From NCBI GenBank assembly GCA_963815285.1, contig CAWFGB010000005.1, forward strand, positions 423,919 to 487,918: a stretch of 64,000 nucleotides of DNA, in the 5' to 3' direction. Both the position numbers and the translations under genes were made by a program. Positions 35,562 through 44,110 of the stretch are shown here, one piece after another (positions within the stretch are counted from its first letter, which is position 1; each line of letters opens with the position of its first letter). The notes below the pieces were generated by a model. The model was not told where the DNA came from and did no database searches. It saw only the letters and a list, made by a program, of their open reading frames with translations. Source of the DNA: an uncultured Acidobacteriota bacterium. GTDB lineage: Bacteria > Acidobacteriota > Vicinamibacteria > Vicinamibacterales > UBA2999.

Positions 35562-36527
35562 ATGCGTCTGCGCGAGGTCAGGGTTGGGTGTTTCGGCGGC
35601 GGTACAGGTCTGCCGAGTCTGCTGGGAGGTCTCAAGCGCAACCCCTGGATCTCGCCAAACGCGGTCGTGACCATGTTCGATAGCGGCGGCAGCTCGGGCC
35701 AACTGCGCGACGAGCTGGGAGTTCTGCCGCCCGGCGATATCCTGCGCTGCGCGCTCGCGCTGGCTCGAAACGAAGGCGAAGCACGGCGCGTGCTGCTCGC
35801 GCGGTTGCCGATGCTCGAACATCAGCGGCTCGGCGGCCACACGGGCGGTAACCTGCTGTTGTCGATGATGCAGCAGTACAGCGGGGATTTTCTGGCGGCG
35901 ATTGGTGGCCTGCGCGCGCTGCTCGGCTGTCAGGGCTACGTATGGCCGATCAGCGTCGAGCAGGCGATGCTCTGCGCCGAGTATGCCGACGGCGCGATTC
36001 ATAGCGGTGAGGTGGAGGTCGATCGCGGGCACGAGCGGGGGCACGAGGTGCGCGATCTCTGGCTCGAGCCCGACGCGCACATCCTGCCGGCGGTGCGCGA
36101 GGCTATCCACGGGTTCGACGCGGTGGTCATCGGGCCGGGCAGCTTCTTCACCAGCCTGATGCCGACGCTGCTCGTCGACGGCGTCAAGGACGCGCTGGCG
36201 CGCGTGAAAGGACCGATCATCCTCGTCGCCAACCTTCTGACTGAAGGCCGCGGCATGCACGACTTCACGGCCGCGACCGCGGTCGATTGGGTGACGCGGA
36301 CCATCGATCGCCCAGTCGATGTCGTGGTTTTCAACACCCGGCTGCCTGATGCCGAAGCGCTGGGACGCTACGAACGGGAGCACAAGCGACCGCTGCAACT
36401 GGGCCGGCTCCCCGATGGCACGGAGCTGGTCGAGGGTGGTTTCTGGTGCACGGATATCGCACGACACGATCGACGCAGGCTTTCGTATGCGGTCTGGTCG
36501 GTTTTAAGCCAACGGCTTCTCACATGA
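35562..36527 (+). CDS. YvcK/CofD-family (UPF0052, gluconeogenesis factor-like) protein
   Basis: VGCFGGGTGLPSLLGGLK, MFDSGGSSGQLRDELGVLPPGD and AVVIGPGSFFTSLMPTLLV. Confidence 0.85.
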   Translation: MRLREVRVGCFGGGTGLPSLLGGLKRNPWISPNAVVTMFDSGGSSGQLRDELGVLPPGDILRCALALARNEGEARRVLLARLPMLEHQRLGGHTGGNLLLSMMQQYSGDFLAAIGGLRALLGCQGYVWPISVEQAMLCAEYADGAIHSGEVEVDRGHERGHEVRDLWLEPDAHILPAVREAIHGFDAVVIGPGSFFTSLMPTLLVDGVKDALARVKGPIILVANLLTEGRGMHDFTAATAVDWVTRTIDRPVDVVVFNTRLPDAEALGRYEREHKRPLQLGRLPDGTELVEGGFWCTDIARHDRRRLSYAVWSVLSQRLLT

Positions 36528-37960
36528 TGCGACTTCTTTTCGCCCTTGCCTCGAGCGTCGTTCTGTCTGCCATCCTCGCTGCGCAGGTTGGCGACACGCG
36601 TTCGGTGCTTGCCTCAATCGATGCCAAGGCCGCCACTTACACCGACATCGCGATGAAGATCTGGTCGTTTGCGGAGGTCGGCTATCAGGAGACGCGCAGC
36701 AGCGCGCTCTTGCAGGAGCAACTCAAGGGCGCAGGCTTTGCGGTCACGGCCGGCGTGGCGGAGATCCCGACCGCGTTTGTCGCGACGTGGGGCAGCGGCA
36801 AACCGGTGATCGGCATCGTCGGCGAATTCGACGCGTTACCTGGTTTGTCGCAAGCGGCCAGCCCTGACCGCAAGCCACTTGTCGAGAACGGCCCTGGCCA
36901 CGGCTGCGGGCATCACTTGTTCGGAACCGCGTCAACCGCGGCGGCGATTGCCGTCAAGGAATGGATGACGGCCAACAAGCGTGGTGGCACGGTCAAGTTT
37001 TTCGGCACCCCGGCGGAGGAAGGCGGCTCGGGCAAGGTCTACATGATCCGCGCGGGCCTGCTCGACGATGTGGATGCCGTGGTTGCCTGGCATCCAGGGG
37101 ACCGCAATGCGGTGAGCGCATCGAGCACGCTGGCGAACGTCACAGCAAAGGTGCGCTTCCGCGGCGTGTCGGCGCACGCGTCGAGCGCTCCGCACCGCGG
37201 CCGCTCGGCGCTCGACGGCGTCGAAGCGATGAATACCATGGTGAACCTGATGCGCGAGCACATTCCATCCGATGCACGCATCCACTACGTGATCACCAAC
37301 GGCGGGCAGGCGCCCAACGTCGTTCCCGATTTCGCCGAGGTGTATTACTACGCGCGCCACAACGATATGCGCGTGCTCGACAGCCTCTGGGAGCGCATCT
37401 CAAACGCGGCACGCGGCGCCGCGCTCGGCACCGATACCAAGGTGGAGATCGACATCACCGGGTCGGTGTGGAATGTCCTGCCCAACGAGCATCTTGCCCG
37501 CCTCATGCACGAGCATCTTGAAGCAGTCGGCGGATTCGAATACACGCCCGCCGAGCGGGCATTCGCCGAGGGGATCCGCAAGACGCTGGACGGCACCTTG
37601 CCGGCAATCGACACGACCAATCAGATTATGGCGCCGCAAGGCGGGATTGGGACGGCATCGACCGACATGGGCGACGTGAGTTGGCGTGTGCCGACAGTGC
37701 AGATGACGGCCGCCACCTGGGTCCCCGGGACGCCGGCTCACAGCTGGCAAGCGGTTGCGGCCGGCGGCATGTCGATCGGCGCCAAGGGCATGATGGTCGC
37801 CGCCAAGACCATGGCCCTGACGGTCATCGACCTGATGACCGACCCGTCGCACCTCGAGCGCGCGCGTGTGGAATTCGACAAGGCACGTGGGCCAGATTTC
37901 ACGTACCGGACCCGTCTCGCCGATCGCAAGCCGGCGCTCGACTATCGCAAGAACCCTTAG
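36524..37960 (+). CDS. Secreted M20-family amidohydrolase (AbgB-like), paralogue of 24429..26033
   Basis: Signal peptide MMRLLFALASSVVLSAILAAQ, then FAEVGYQETRSS, GEFDALPGLSQ and PGHGCGHHLFG. The ATG at 36524 overlaps the yvcK-like stop. Confidence 0.85.
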   Translation: MMRLLFALASSVVLSAILAAQVGDTRSVLASIDAKAATYTDIAMKIWSFAEVGYQETRSSALLQEQLKGAGFAVTAGVAEIPTAFVATWGSGKPVIGIVGEFDALPGLSQAASPDRKPLVENGPGHGCGHHLFGTASTAAAIAVKEWMTANKRGGTVKFFGTPAEEGGSGKVYMIRAGLLDDVDAVVAWHPGDRNAVSASSTLANVTAKVRFRGVSAHASSAPHRGRSALDGVEAMNTMVNLMREHIPSDARIHYVITNGGQAPNVVPDFAEVYYYARHNDMRVLDSLWERISNAARGAALGTDTKVEIDITGSVWNVLPNEHLARLMHEHLEAVGGFEYTPAERAFAEGIRKTLDGTLPAIDTTNQIMAPQGGIGTASTDMGDVSWRVPTVQMTAATWVPGTPAHSWQAVAAGGMSIGAKGMMVAAKTMALTVIDLMTDPSHLERARVEFDKARGPDFTYRTRLADRKPALDYRKNP

Positions 37961-38760
37961 CGGGAGCCCTTGGCAGCCTTCTTGGGTGCCTTCGCTACCT
38001 TCGGTGCCTTCGACGCGCCGGCGGGAGATCCAGTCTTACCCTTCGTCTTCTTCGTGTCCTTCGCGCCCTTCGTGTTCTCGTCGCGTATCTCGAGCGCGCG
38101 CCCGATAATGCGCCGAAACATCGTGCCGGTGTCGCCGGTCTTCGCGGGCGCATTGCTGTGCCAGATGTCCGGGTTGTCAGCAGCGAGGATGTCCGCCAGG
38201 TCGGCGTCAGGCGTCTTGACGCTGAGCGGCGCAAAGGTCGTGATGTCGATCGGGCCCGCCCAGTCGTCGCGATGCTTGATGAGCAGCCAGCTGCGATCCG
38301 GTGGACCTGAACGCCCGGCGTAGCGTCCGCCGGTGCGCACGAGCACCCACGATCCCTTCAGTTTGAAGCCGTCGAGGGTGAACTTCAGATCGCCCTTACG
38401 CAACGCTGCGTCCACGTCGTCGGTCTCCGGCGTCCACGTGCCGCGGTCCCAGAGCATCACGATGCCTGCGCCGTAGCCCTCCGGGATGACGCCCTCGAAC
38501 GTGCCGTAGTCGAACGGATGGTCCTCGGTCTGCATGGCGAGGCGTTTGTCGGCGGGATTGAGGGACGGCCCTTTCGGAACGGCCCACGACAACAACACTC
38601 CGTTCCATTCAAGGCGGAAGTCGTAGTGGAGCTGTGACGCGAGATGTTTCTGGACGCAGAAGAACAGCTCGCTCGCGTCCTTCTTCTTGGGGCGCCCGTC
38701 GCCGGAGGGCTCCGGCGTTTTCGAGAAATTCCGCTTCCGCTTGTATTCGTCCAAACCCAT
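37957..38760 (-). CDS. Stand-alone DNA ligase D 3'-phosphoesterase (PE) domain protein with a Lys/Ala-rich tail
   Basis: LDEYKRKRNFSKTPEP...FCVQKHLASQLHYDFRLEWNGVLLSWAVPKGPSLNPADKRLAMQTEDHPFDYGTFEGVIPEGYGAG is the LigD PE signature. The tail is TKGAKDTKKTKGKTGSPAGASKAPKVAKAPKKAAKG. The start is at MGLDEY (38760). Confidence 0.85.
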   Translation of the reverse strand: MGLDEYKRKRNFSKTPEPSGDGRPKKKDASELFFCVQKHLASQLHYDFRLEWNGVLLSWAVPKGPSLNPADKRLAMQTEDHPFDYGTFEGVIPEGYGAGIVMLWDRGTWTPETDDVDAALRKGDLKFTLDGFKLKGSWVLVRTGGRYAGRSGPPDRSWLLIKHRDDWAGPIDITTFAPLSVKTPDADLADILAADNPDIWHSNAPAKTGDTGTMFRRIIGRALEIRDENTKGAKDTKKTKGKTGSPAGASKAPKVAKAPKKAAKGSR

Positions 38761-38776
38761 AGCGCGAGGATACCCT

Positions 38777-38830
38777 GCCTGGGGCCTGACGCCTGACGCC
38801 TGACGCCTGGGGCCTGGGGCCTGGGGCCTG
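38777..38830. repeat. Heptamer tandem repeat: GCCTGGG, (GCCTGAC)x3, (GCCTGGG)x3, GCCTG
   Basis: Read directly. It lies in the divergent intergenic region between the LigD-PE gene and the symporter gene. Confidence 0.9.
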
Positions 38831-38842
38831 TTTCGCACTAGA

Positions 38843-40261
38843 GTGTGGCGCATGTATTTGTACGCCATCCTCGCTTACTTAGGCGTTCTGGTGATTCTCG
38901 GGCTCTACAAGTCCAGAGATCTCAAGACCGGCGACGACTTCCTGGTCGCGGGCCGCACGCTGCCAGCACGGGTGCTCGTCTTCACGCTGCTTGCGACCTG
39001 GATTGGCTCGGGGAGCCTCTTCGGTGGGGCCGGCCTGGGGTATCGCGCTGGCTTCCCGGCGCTATGGCAGTCTGCAGGAGCCTGGGTAGGCATCGCCCTG
39101 GTGTTCTTTCTGGCGCACCGCGTGCGGCGGCTGGCGAAGTACACCATGCCTGATGTGCTCGAACTGCGCTACGGTCCCGTCGCGCGCGTGCTCGGCACTG
39201 TCGTGGTGGTGATCGCCTATACCACCATTGCCGCGTATCAGTTCCGCGGTGGCGGCCGCCTGCTCAACCTCGTGGCCGGCATGGACGTGACACAAGGCGC
39301 GCTCATCACCATGGTGTTCTGTGTGGTCTACACGGCACTGGCGGGCATGCTGTCTGTCGCCTATCTCGATGTCGGCAACGGCATCGCCATGCTCGTCGGC
39401 GTGGCTCTCGCCGTGGTCTACCTCATTGTTCATGCGGGCGGCCTGGGCCCGGCATTTGACGGGCTGCGGCCCGACCAGCTTGCGCTGTTCGGCACGCTCG
39501 ATCCGATCGCCGACGCTGGTGCGCTGTTTCTGCCCACGATGCTGTTGCTCATGGGCGAGGCCAACATGTACCAGAAGTTCTTCTCGGCCAAGAGCGAAGG
39601 CGCCGCACGGCGCGCGGTCGGGGCCTGGATCATCGGCACCATCGTCATCGAAACGCTGATCGTGTCGGTGGGCGTGTTCGGCAGCGTGGCAATCCCTGGC
39701 CTGTCCACGGGAGATTCGGAAGGTATTGTGATCAGCGTGGCCAGCGAAATCCTGCCTCCGATCCTGGCCATTCTGCTGTTGTGCGGCGCCGCCGCGATCA
39801 TCGTGTCCACGGCCAACAGCTTCCTGTTGACGCCGGCGAGCGCGTTGATGCGCGATGTCTACCAGAAGAGCATCAACCCCGAGGCCAGCGACAAGCAAAT
39901 CCTCTTCTACACGAGGTTTATGGTGTTGCTGCTCGGCGCCGCCGGTTTTGTCGCCTTGCGATTCTTCGAGACCATCCTGGAGATGGCGTTGTGGGCGTAC
40001 ACGATGTATGGGGCAGCGATTACCCCAGCCCTGCTGGCGGTTTTCCTGTGGCCTCGCGTGACGCGCGCAGGAGGAGTGTCGTCTATTGCAGCGGGGATGG
40101 TCACCACCGTCGCCTGGGAGATTTATGCGCGTGGAGCCGGTGGCTACCCCTACGGGCTGGCGACGGTCTACCCGGCCCTGGCGCTTTCGCTGATTGCCCT
40201 GGTCGGCGTCAGCCTGGCAACCCCGAAGCCTACAGCTGAGGAGATTGCGGCTGTTTCGTGA
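38843..40261 (+). CDS. Sodium:solute symporter (SSF) family transporter
   Basis: 472 aa and about 13 TM helices. DFLVAGRTLPARVLVFTLLATWIGSGSLFGGAGLGY is typical of the SSF N-terminus. Confidence 0.9.
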   Translation: MWRMYLYAILAYLGVLVILGLYKSRDLKTGDDFLVAGRTLPARVLVFTLLATWIGSGSLFGGAGLGYRAGFPALWQSAGAWVGIALVFFLAHRVRRLAKYTMPDVLELRYGPVARVLGTVVVVIAYTTIAAYQFRGGGRLLNLVAGMDVTQGALITMVFCVVYTALAGMLSVAYLDVGNGIAMLVGVALAVVYLIVHAGGLGPAFDGLRPDQLALFGTLDPIADAGALFLPTMLLLMGEANMYQKFFSAKSEGAARRAVGAWIIGTIVIETLIVSVGVFGSVAIPGLSTGDSEGIVISVASEILPPILAILLLCGAAAIIVSTANSFLLTPASALMRDVYQKSINPEASDKQILFYTRFMVLLLGAAGFVALRFFETILEMALWAYTMYGAAITPALLAVFLWPRVTRAGGVSSIAAGMVTTVAWEIYARGAGGYPYGLATVYPALALSLIALVGVSLATPKPTAEEIAAVS

Positions 40262-40343
40262 CTTCTGGCCCAGGAATCCGGTAAACTGATCACCCGACGT
40301 GGGTGGTCGTGTCCCGCCCCGGCGACAACTAAAGGGGATAGCG

Positions 40344-41699
40344 ATGGCGCAGGAAGCGTTCCGTGGCCTGGTTCGGTGGGGAGCAGCGGCGGGTGCCGTG
40401 CTCGTGTTTCCTGTCGCAGCGGCGGCCCAGTCCTCAAGTCCAGCTCCGACGTTCACCAAGGACGTAGCCCGAATCTTCCAGGAAAAGTGTGAGTCGTGTC
40501 ACCGGCCCGACTCGATTGCGCCGATGTCTCTCGTGACCTACGAAGAGACGCGGCCTTGGGCGCGGTCGATCAAGAACCGGGTTGCCTCACGCCAGATGCC
40601 GCCGTGGCACGTCGATCGCACCCTCGGTATCCAGCATTACCAAAACGATCGTTCGCTGTCCGATGATCAGGTCGACACCATCGTCCGCTGGGTCGACGCC
40701 GGTTCGCCGAAGGGCGACCCCAAGGACATGCCGCCGCCCGTGAAGTGGGCGGACGAAAACGTCTGGAACTTTGCACCAATCTTCGGCGGACCGCCCGACC
40801 TCACCATCAAGTCCCCGGTCTACACCCAAAAGGCGATGGCGCAGGATGCATGGTTCAAGCCGGTCGTGCCGACGGGCCTCACGGAACCGCGGTGGGTGCG
40901 TGCCATCGAGATTCGCCCCGGCACCGTCAAGGGCCGCAAGATCACCCACCACGCGCTCGCTCGTCTGCAGCAGACCGAACCGGGCGAGCCCGCGGTCCGT
41001 CAGGCCGACGACCCTGGGGGTGGTCTGTTCATGGAGTGGGCGGTTGGCAAGCAGGGAGAGATCATGCGCCCGGGTTCGGGCAAGCTGATGCTCCCGGATT
41101 CCAAGATCGTGTGGGATATCCACTACTCAGCGGCCGGCGAAGACATCACCGACTACGTCGAGCTGGGCATTTACTTCTATCCCAAGGGACAGGAACCCAA
41201 GTACCGTCAGACGCTCTCCCTCTTCAGCGGCATCACTGGCGGTAACCGGGCGCTCGACATCGCTCCCAACTCCATCTACGTGGGCACCAACTTCCACGTG
41301 ATGCGCAAGGCCGGCCGCGTCGAGAACTTCCAGCCGCACATGCACCTGCGCGGCAAGGCCATGTCGCTCGAAGCCATCCTGCCCACCGGCCAGACCCAGA
41401 TGCTGTCGATGGTGAGCAACTTCAGCTTCAACTGGCACAACAATTACGTGTTCGCCGATGACGCGGCGCCGCTACTGCCCAAGGGCACCATTCTCAAGGT
41501 CACCTCCTGGCACGACAACACCGCGCAGAACCCGAACAACCCGGACCCGAATCAGTGGGTCGGCTGGGGTGATCGCACCGTCGACGAAATGGCCCATGCG
41601 TGGGTGAACGTCACCTACATGGAGGACGAGGATTTCAAGGTGGAGTTGGAGAAGCGCAAGCAGCGCACCTCTACCACCACGGACCGACAGCAGCAGTAA
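40344..41699 (+). CDS. Secreted c-type cytochrome-domain protein (one CxxCH) with a large beta-rich C-terminal domain, possibly copper-monooxygenase-like
   Basis: FTKDVARIFQEKCESCHRPDSIAPMSL carries the CxxCH heme motif and MPPWH follows. The later FQPHMHLRGKAM resembles the His/Met copper site of type II Cu monooxygenases, but this is inference. The start at MAQEAF has AAAGGGGA upstream. Confidence 0.7.
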   Translation: MAQEAFRGLVRWGAAAGAVLVFPVAAAAQSSSPAPTFTKDVARIFQEKCESCHRPDSIAPMSLVTYEETRPWARSIKNRVASRQMPPWHVDRTLGIQHYQNDRSLSDDQVDTIVRWVDAGSPKGDPKDMPPPVKWADENVWNFAPIFGGPPDLTIKSPVYTQKAMAQDAWFKPVVPTGLTEPRWVRAIEIRPGTVKGRKITHHALARLQQTEPGEPAVRQADDPGGGLFMEWAVGKQGEIMRPGSGKLMLPDSKIVWDIHYSAAGEDITDYVELGIYFYPKGQEPKYRQTLSLFSGITGGNRALDIAPNSIYVGTNFHVMRKAGRVENFQPHMHLRGKAMSLEAILPTGQTQMLSMVSNFSFNWHNNYVFADDAAPLLPKGTILKVTSWHDNTAQNPNNPDPNQWVGWGDRTVDEMAHAWVNVTYMEDEDFKVELEKRKQRTSTTTDRQQQ

Positions 41700-41710
41700 A
41701 AACGAATTGA

Positions 41711-41744
41711 AAGGGCGCCGCGCGCAAACGCGGCGCCTTTTTTT
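41711..41744 (+). terminator. Rho-independent terminator
   Basis: AAGGGCGCCGCG-cgcaaa-CGCGGCGCCTTT forms a 12-bp stem with one G-U pair and runs into TTTTTTT. Confidence 0.85.
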
Positions 41745-41761
41745 GTGTACGGGAGCCATTG

Positions 41762-42604
41762 ATGCATCGATCGCGTCGTCTTCTCGCTTCGTGTGCCGTT
41801 GCCCTCTTCGCGTTCGGATCCACTGCGTTCGCCCAGTTGCCGTTGCAGCCGGCCCGCGATGCCGGGCAGGGTGTCACGCCCGCCTTCGAAGGCTGGTACG
41901 AGAACGGCGACGGCTCGTTCAGCCTGCTCGTCGGCTACTTCAATCGCAATTTGAAAGAGACGCTCGACATCCCGGTCGGCCCGAACAATCGCATCGAGCC
42001 AGGCGGTCCCGATCAGGGGCAGCCCACGCACTTCTTGCCACGCCGCGGATGGGGCGTCTTCACCATCAAGGTGCCCAAGGACTTCGGCGACAAGCGCCTG
42101 ACGTGGACCATCACCGCCAACGGACAAACCAACTCGATACCGGTCGGCCTCATCAAGGGCTATCAAGTCGAGCCCTTCAAGGAGGCTGCGCAAGGAAACG
42201 AGCCGCCGCGGCTGCAGGTCGATACGAAGGGGCAGGCATTGTTCGGGCCTCCCACGGGTATCGCGGCCACGCTGAACGCCACCGTTGGCCAACCGCTCAC
42301 CATCAGCGGCATCGCCACCGACGGACAAGCCAACGATCCGGATCTGACCCCGGCCCAGTTGAAGCAGCCCCCACTGACGCTCTTCCTGAGCAAGCACCGC
42401 GGCCCCGGCGTCATCACGTTCGACAACGACCGTCCTCGCCCCGATGCCGATGGCAAGTTCGCCGCGACTGCGACCTTCGCGGCGCCGGGCGAGCACATCG
42501 TTCGGGTGCAGGCCAACGATCGATCGGGCGACGGCGGCGGCGGCTTCCAGTGCTGCTGGACCAACGTGTATGTGAAAGTGAATGTGACTGGCGGGACGAA
42601 GTAG
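41762..42604 (+). CDS. Secreted hypothetical protein
   Basis: Signal peptide MHRSRRLLASCAVALFAFGSTAFAQ, with GGGAG 6 nt before the ATG and good codon bias. The C-terminal GDGGGGFQCCWTNVYVKVNV was not recognised. Confidence 0.7.
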   Translation: MHRSRRLLASCAVALFAFGSTAFAQLPLQPARDAGQGVTPAFEGWYENGDGSFSLLVGYFNRNLKETLDIPVGPNNRIEPGGPDQGQPTHFLPRRGWGVFTIKVPKDFGDKRLTWTITANGQTNSIPVGLIKGYQVEPFKEAAQGNEPPRLQVDTKGQALFGPPTGIAATLNATVGQPLTISGIATDGQANDPDLTPAQLKQPPLTLFLSKHRGPGVITFDNDRPRPDADGKFAATATFAAPGEHIVRVQANDRSGDGGGGFQCCWTNVYVKVNVTGGTK

Positions 42605-42644
42605 GCGGGTCGGCCAGGTAGCCGGGTAGGGCTGGTTAGCCGGG

Positions 42645-42681
42645 TAGGGCTGGTTGGGGCGGGCCAGCCCAACCAGCCCTA
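42645..42681 (+). terminator. 14-bp perfect hairpin (TAGGGCTGGTTGGG / CCCAACCAGCCCTA), terminator-like without a U tract, preceded by a 17-nt direct repeat
   Basis: The arms are at 42645-42658 and 42668-42681 with a 9-nt loop. GCCGGGTAGGGCTGGTT is duplicated at 42621 and 42639. Confidence 0.6.
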
Positions 42682-42712
42682 TCAACCCACCCGCCCCTGT
42701 ACAATCCATTAG

Positions 42713-44110
42713 TTGAGCGTTCTTCTTATTTCCACGTACGATCTTGGCCGCCAGCCATTCGGGCTCGCGTCGCCAGCGGCGTGGCTGAAGCGTGCAGGAC
42801 ACCAGGTCCTCACGCGCGACCTCTCACGCGACAAGCTGCAGGAAAACGACGTCACCGGCGCCTCGCTGGTCGCTTTCTATCTGCCCATGCACACGGCGAC
42901 TCGCCTGGCTTTGCCCGTAATCGAGCACGTCCAGCAAATCAACCCTTCCGCACACATCGCGGCCTACGGGTTATACGCTCCTCTCAGCGAGCCGCTGTTG
43001 CGCGCGCACGGGGTGGGCACCGTGCTCGGTCCGGAAGCCGAGAACGACTTGGTGGAACTGGCCATGTCGCTTGGGCGCGAGGCGCCGGAGTCTGTCGAGT
43101 GGCGCGTCGCCGAATCAAGCCCCGCTCGAGCGCCACATCTTCCGCGGCTCCCGTTCATCATCCCTGAGCGCAGCGGATTACCCGGGGCGAGTCACTATGC
43201 GCGCCTGCACATGCCGGACGGTTCGCGACGGGTAGTCGGCGCCACGGATGCGACACGCGGCTGCAAGCACCGGTGCCGGCATTGCCCTATCGTTCCCATC
43301 TACGACGGTCAATTTCGTGTGGTCCCCATCGACGTCGTGCTCGCCGATATCGACCAGCAGCTTGCCGCCGGCGTGGAGCACATCACCTTTGGCGATCCCG
43401 ATTTCTTCAACGGTCCCACTCATGCGCGACGGATCGTCGAAGCCTTGCCTCAACGCCATCCGGCGCTGACCTACGACGTCACGGTCAAGGTCGAGCATCT
43501 CCTGAAGCACCGCGATCTCTTGCCGGTGCTGGCGCGCACTGGATGCCTGTTCGTCACCAGCGCCGTCGAGTCGTTCGACGACGACGTTCTCGCGAAGCTC
43601 GAGAAAGGCCATACCCGCGCGGACTTCCTGGACGCGCTGCGCCATTGTCGTGAGGCGGACATCAATCTGGTGCCGACGTTCGTGGCTTTCACTCCTTGGA
43701 CTACTCTCGCGACCTATCGCGATCTGCTCGCGACCGTCGATGCCTTAGGTTTGGTCGAACACGTCTCGCCTGTGCAGTGGGGGCTGCGCCTGCTGGTGAC
43801 TGAAGGCTCGCGGTTGCTCGAACTTGCCGACATCCGGCAGCGGGTGGCCGCGTTCGATTCTCGGACCCTGACGTACCCATGGCGCCACGACGACCCGCGC
43901 GTCGATGCGCTGCAGGCCGTCATCATGCGGGCGGTCGGCGTGCGCGCGGTTGGCTCGCGCGCGGAAGTGTTTGCCGCGGTGTGTGAGTTGGCCGGACTGA
44001 CCGATCGGGTGACGCAATCGGACGTGCCGGACCGCGCCACGATTCCCTACTTGGAGGAACCTTGGTACTGTTGAGTGGAGCCCAGTGCAGAGCAGGTGGC
44101 TCTGATTTAG
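42713..44110 (+). CDS. B12-binding-domain-like radical SAM protein, probably a selenoprotein (UGA 44072-44074 read as Sec, giving a C-U-V-E-P tail; the conventional end would be 44074)
   Basis: GCKHRCRHCPIV carries the CxxxCxxC radical SAM cluster. The N-terminal MSVLLISTYDLGRQPFGLASPAAWL resembles the B12-binding-like domain. The ORF ends ...EEPWYC-TGA-VEPSAEQVALI-TAG, with a hairpin 13 nt after the TGA. The start is TTG. Confidence 0.75.

Noticed and set aside
39062-40459. 465-aa minus-strand ORF
   Set aside because: It is antisense to the sodium:solute symporter and has shadow-ORF composition.
41615-42802. 395-aa minus-strand ORF spanning two plus-strand genes and a terminator hairpin
   Set aside because: It crosses an intergenic hairpin and is antisense to a signal-peptide-bearing ORF that has an SD sequence. 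The composition is not protein-like.
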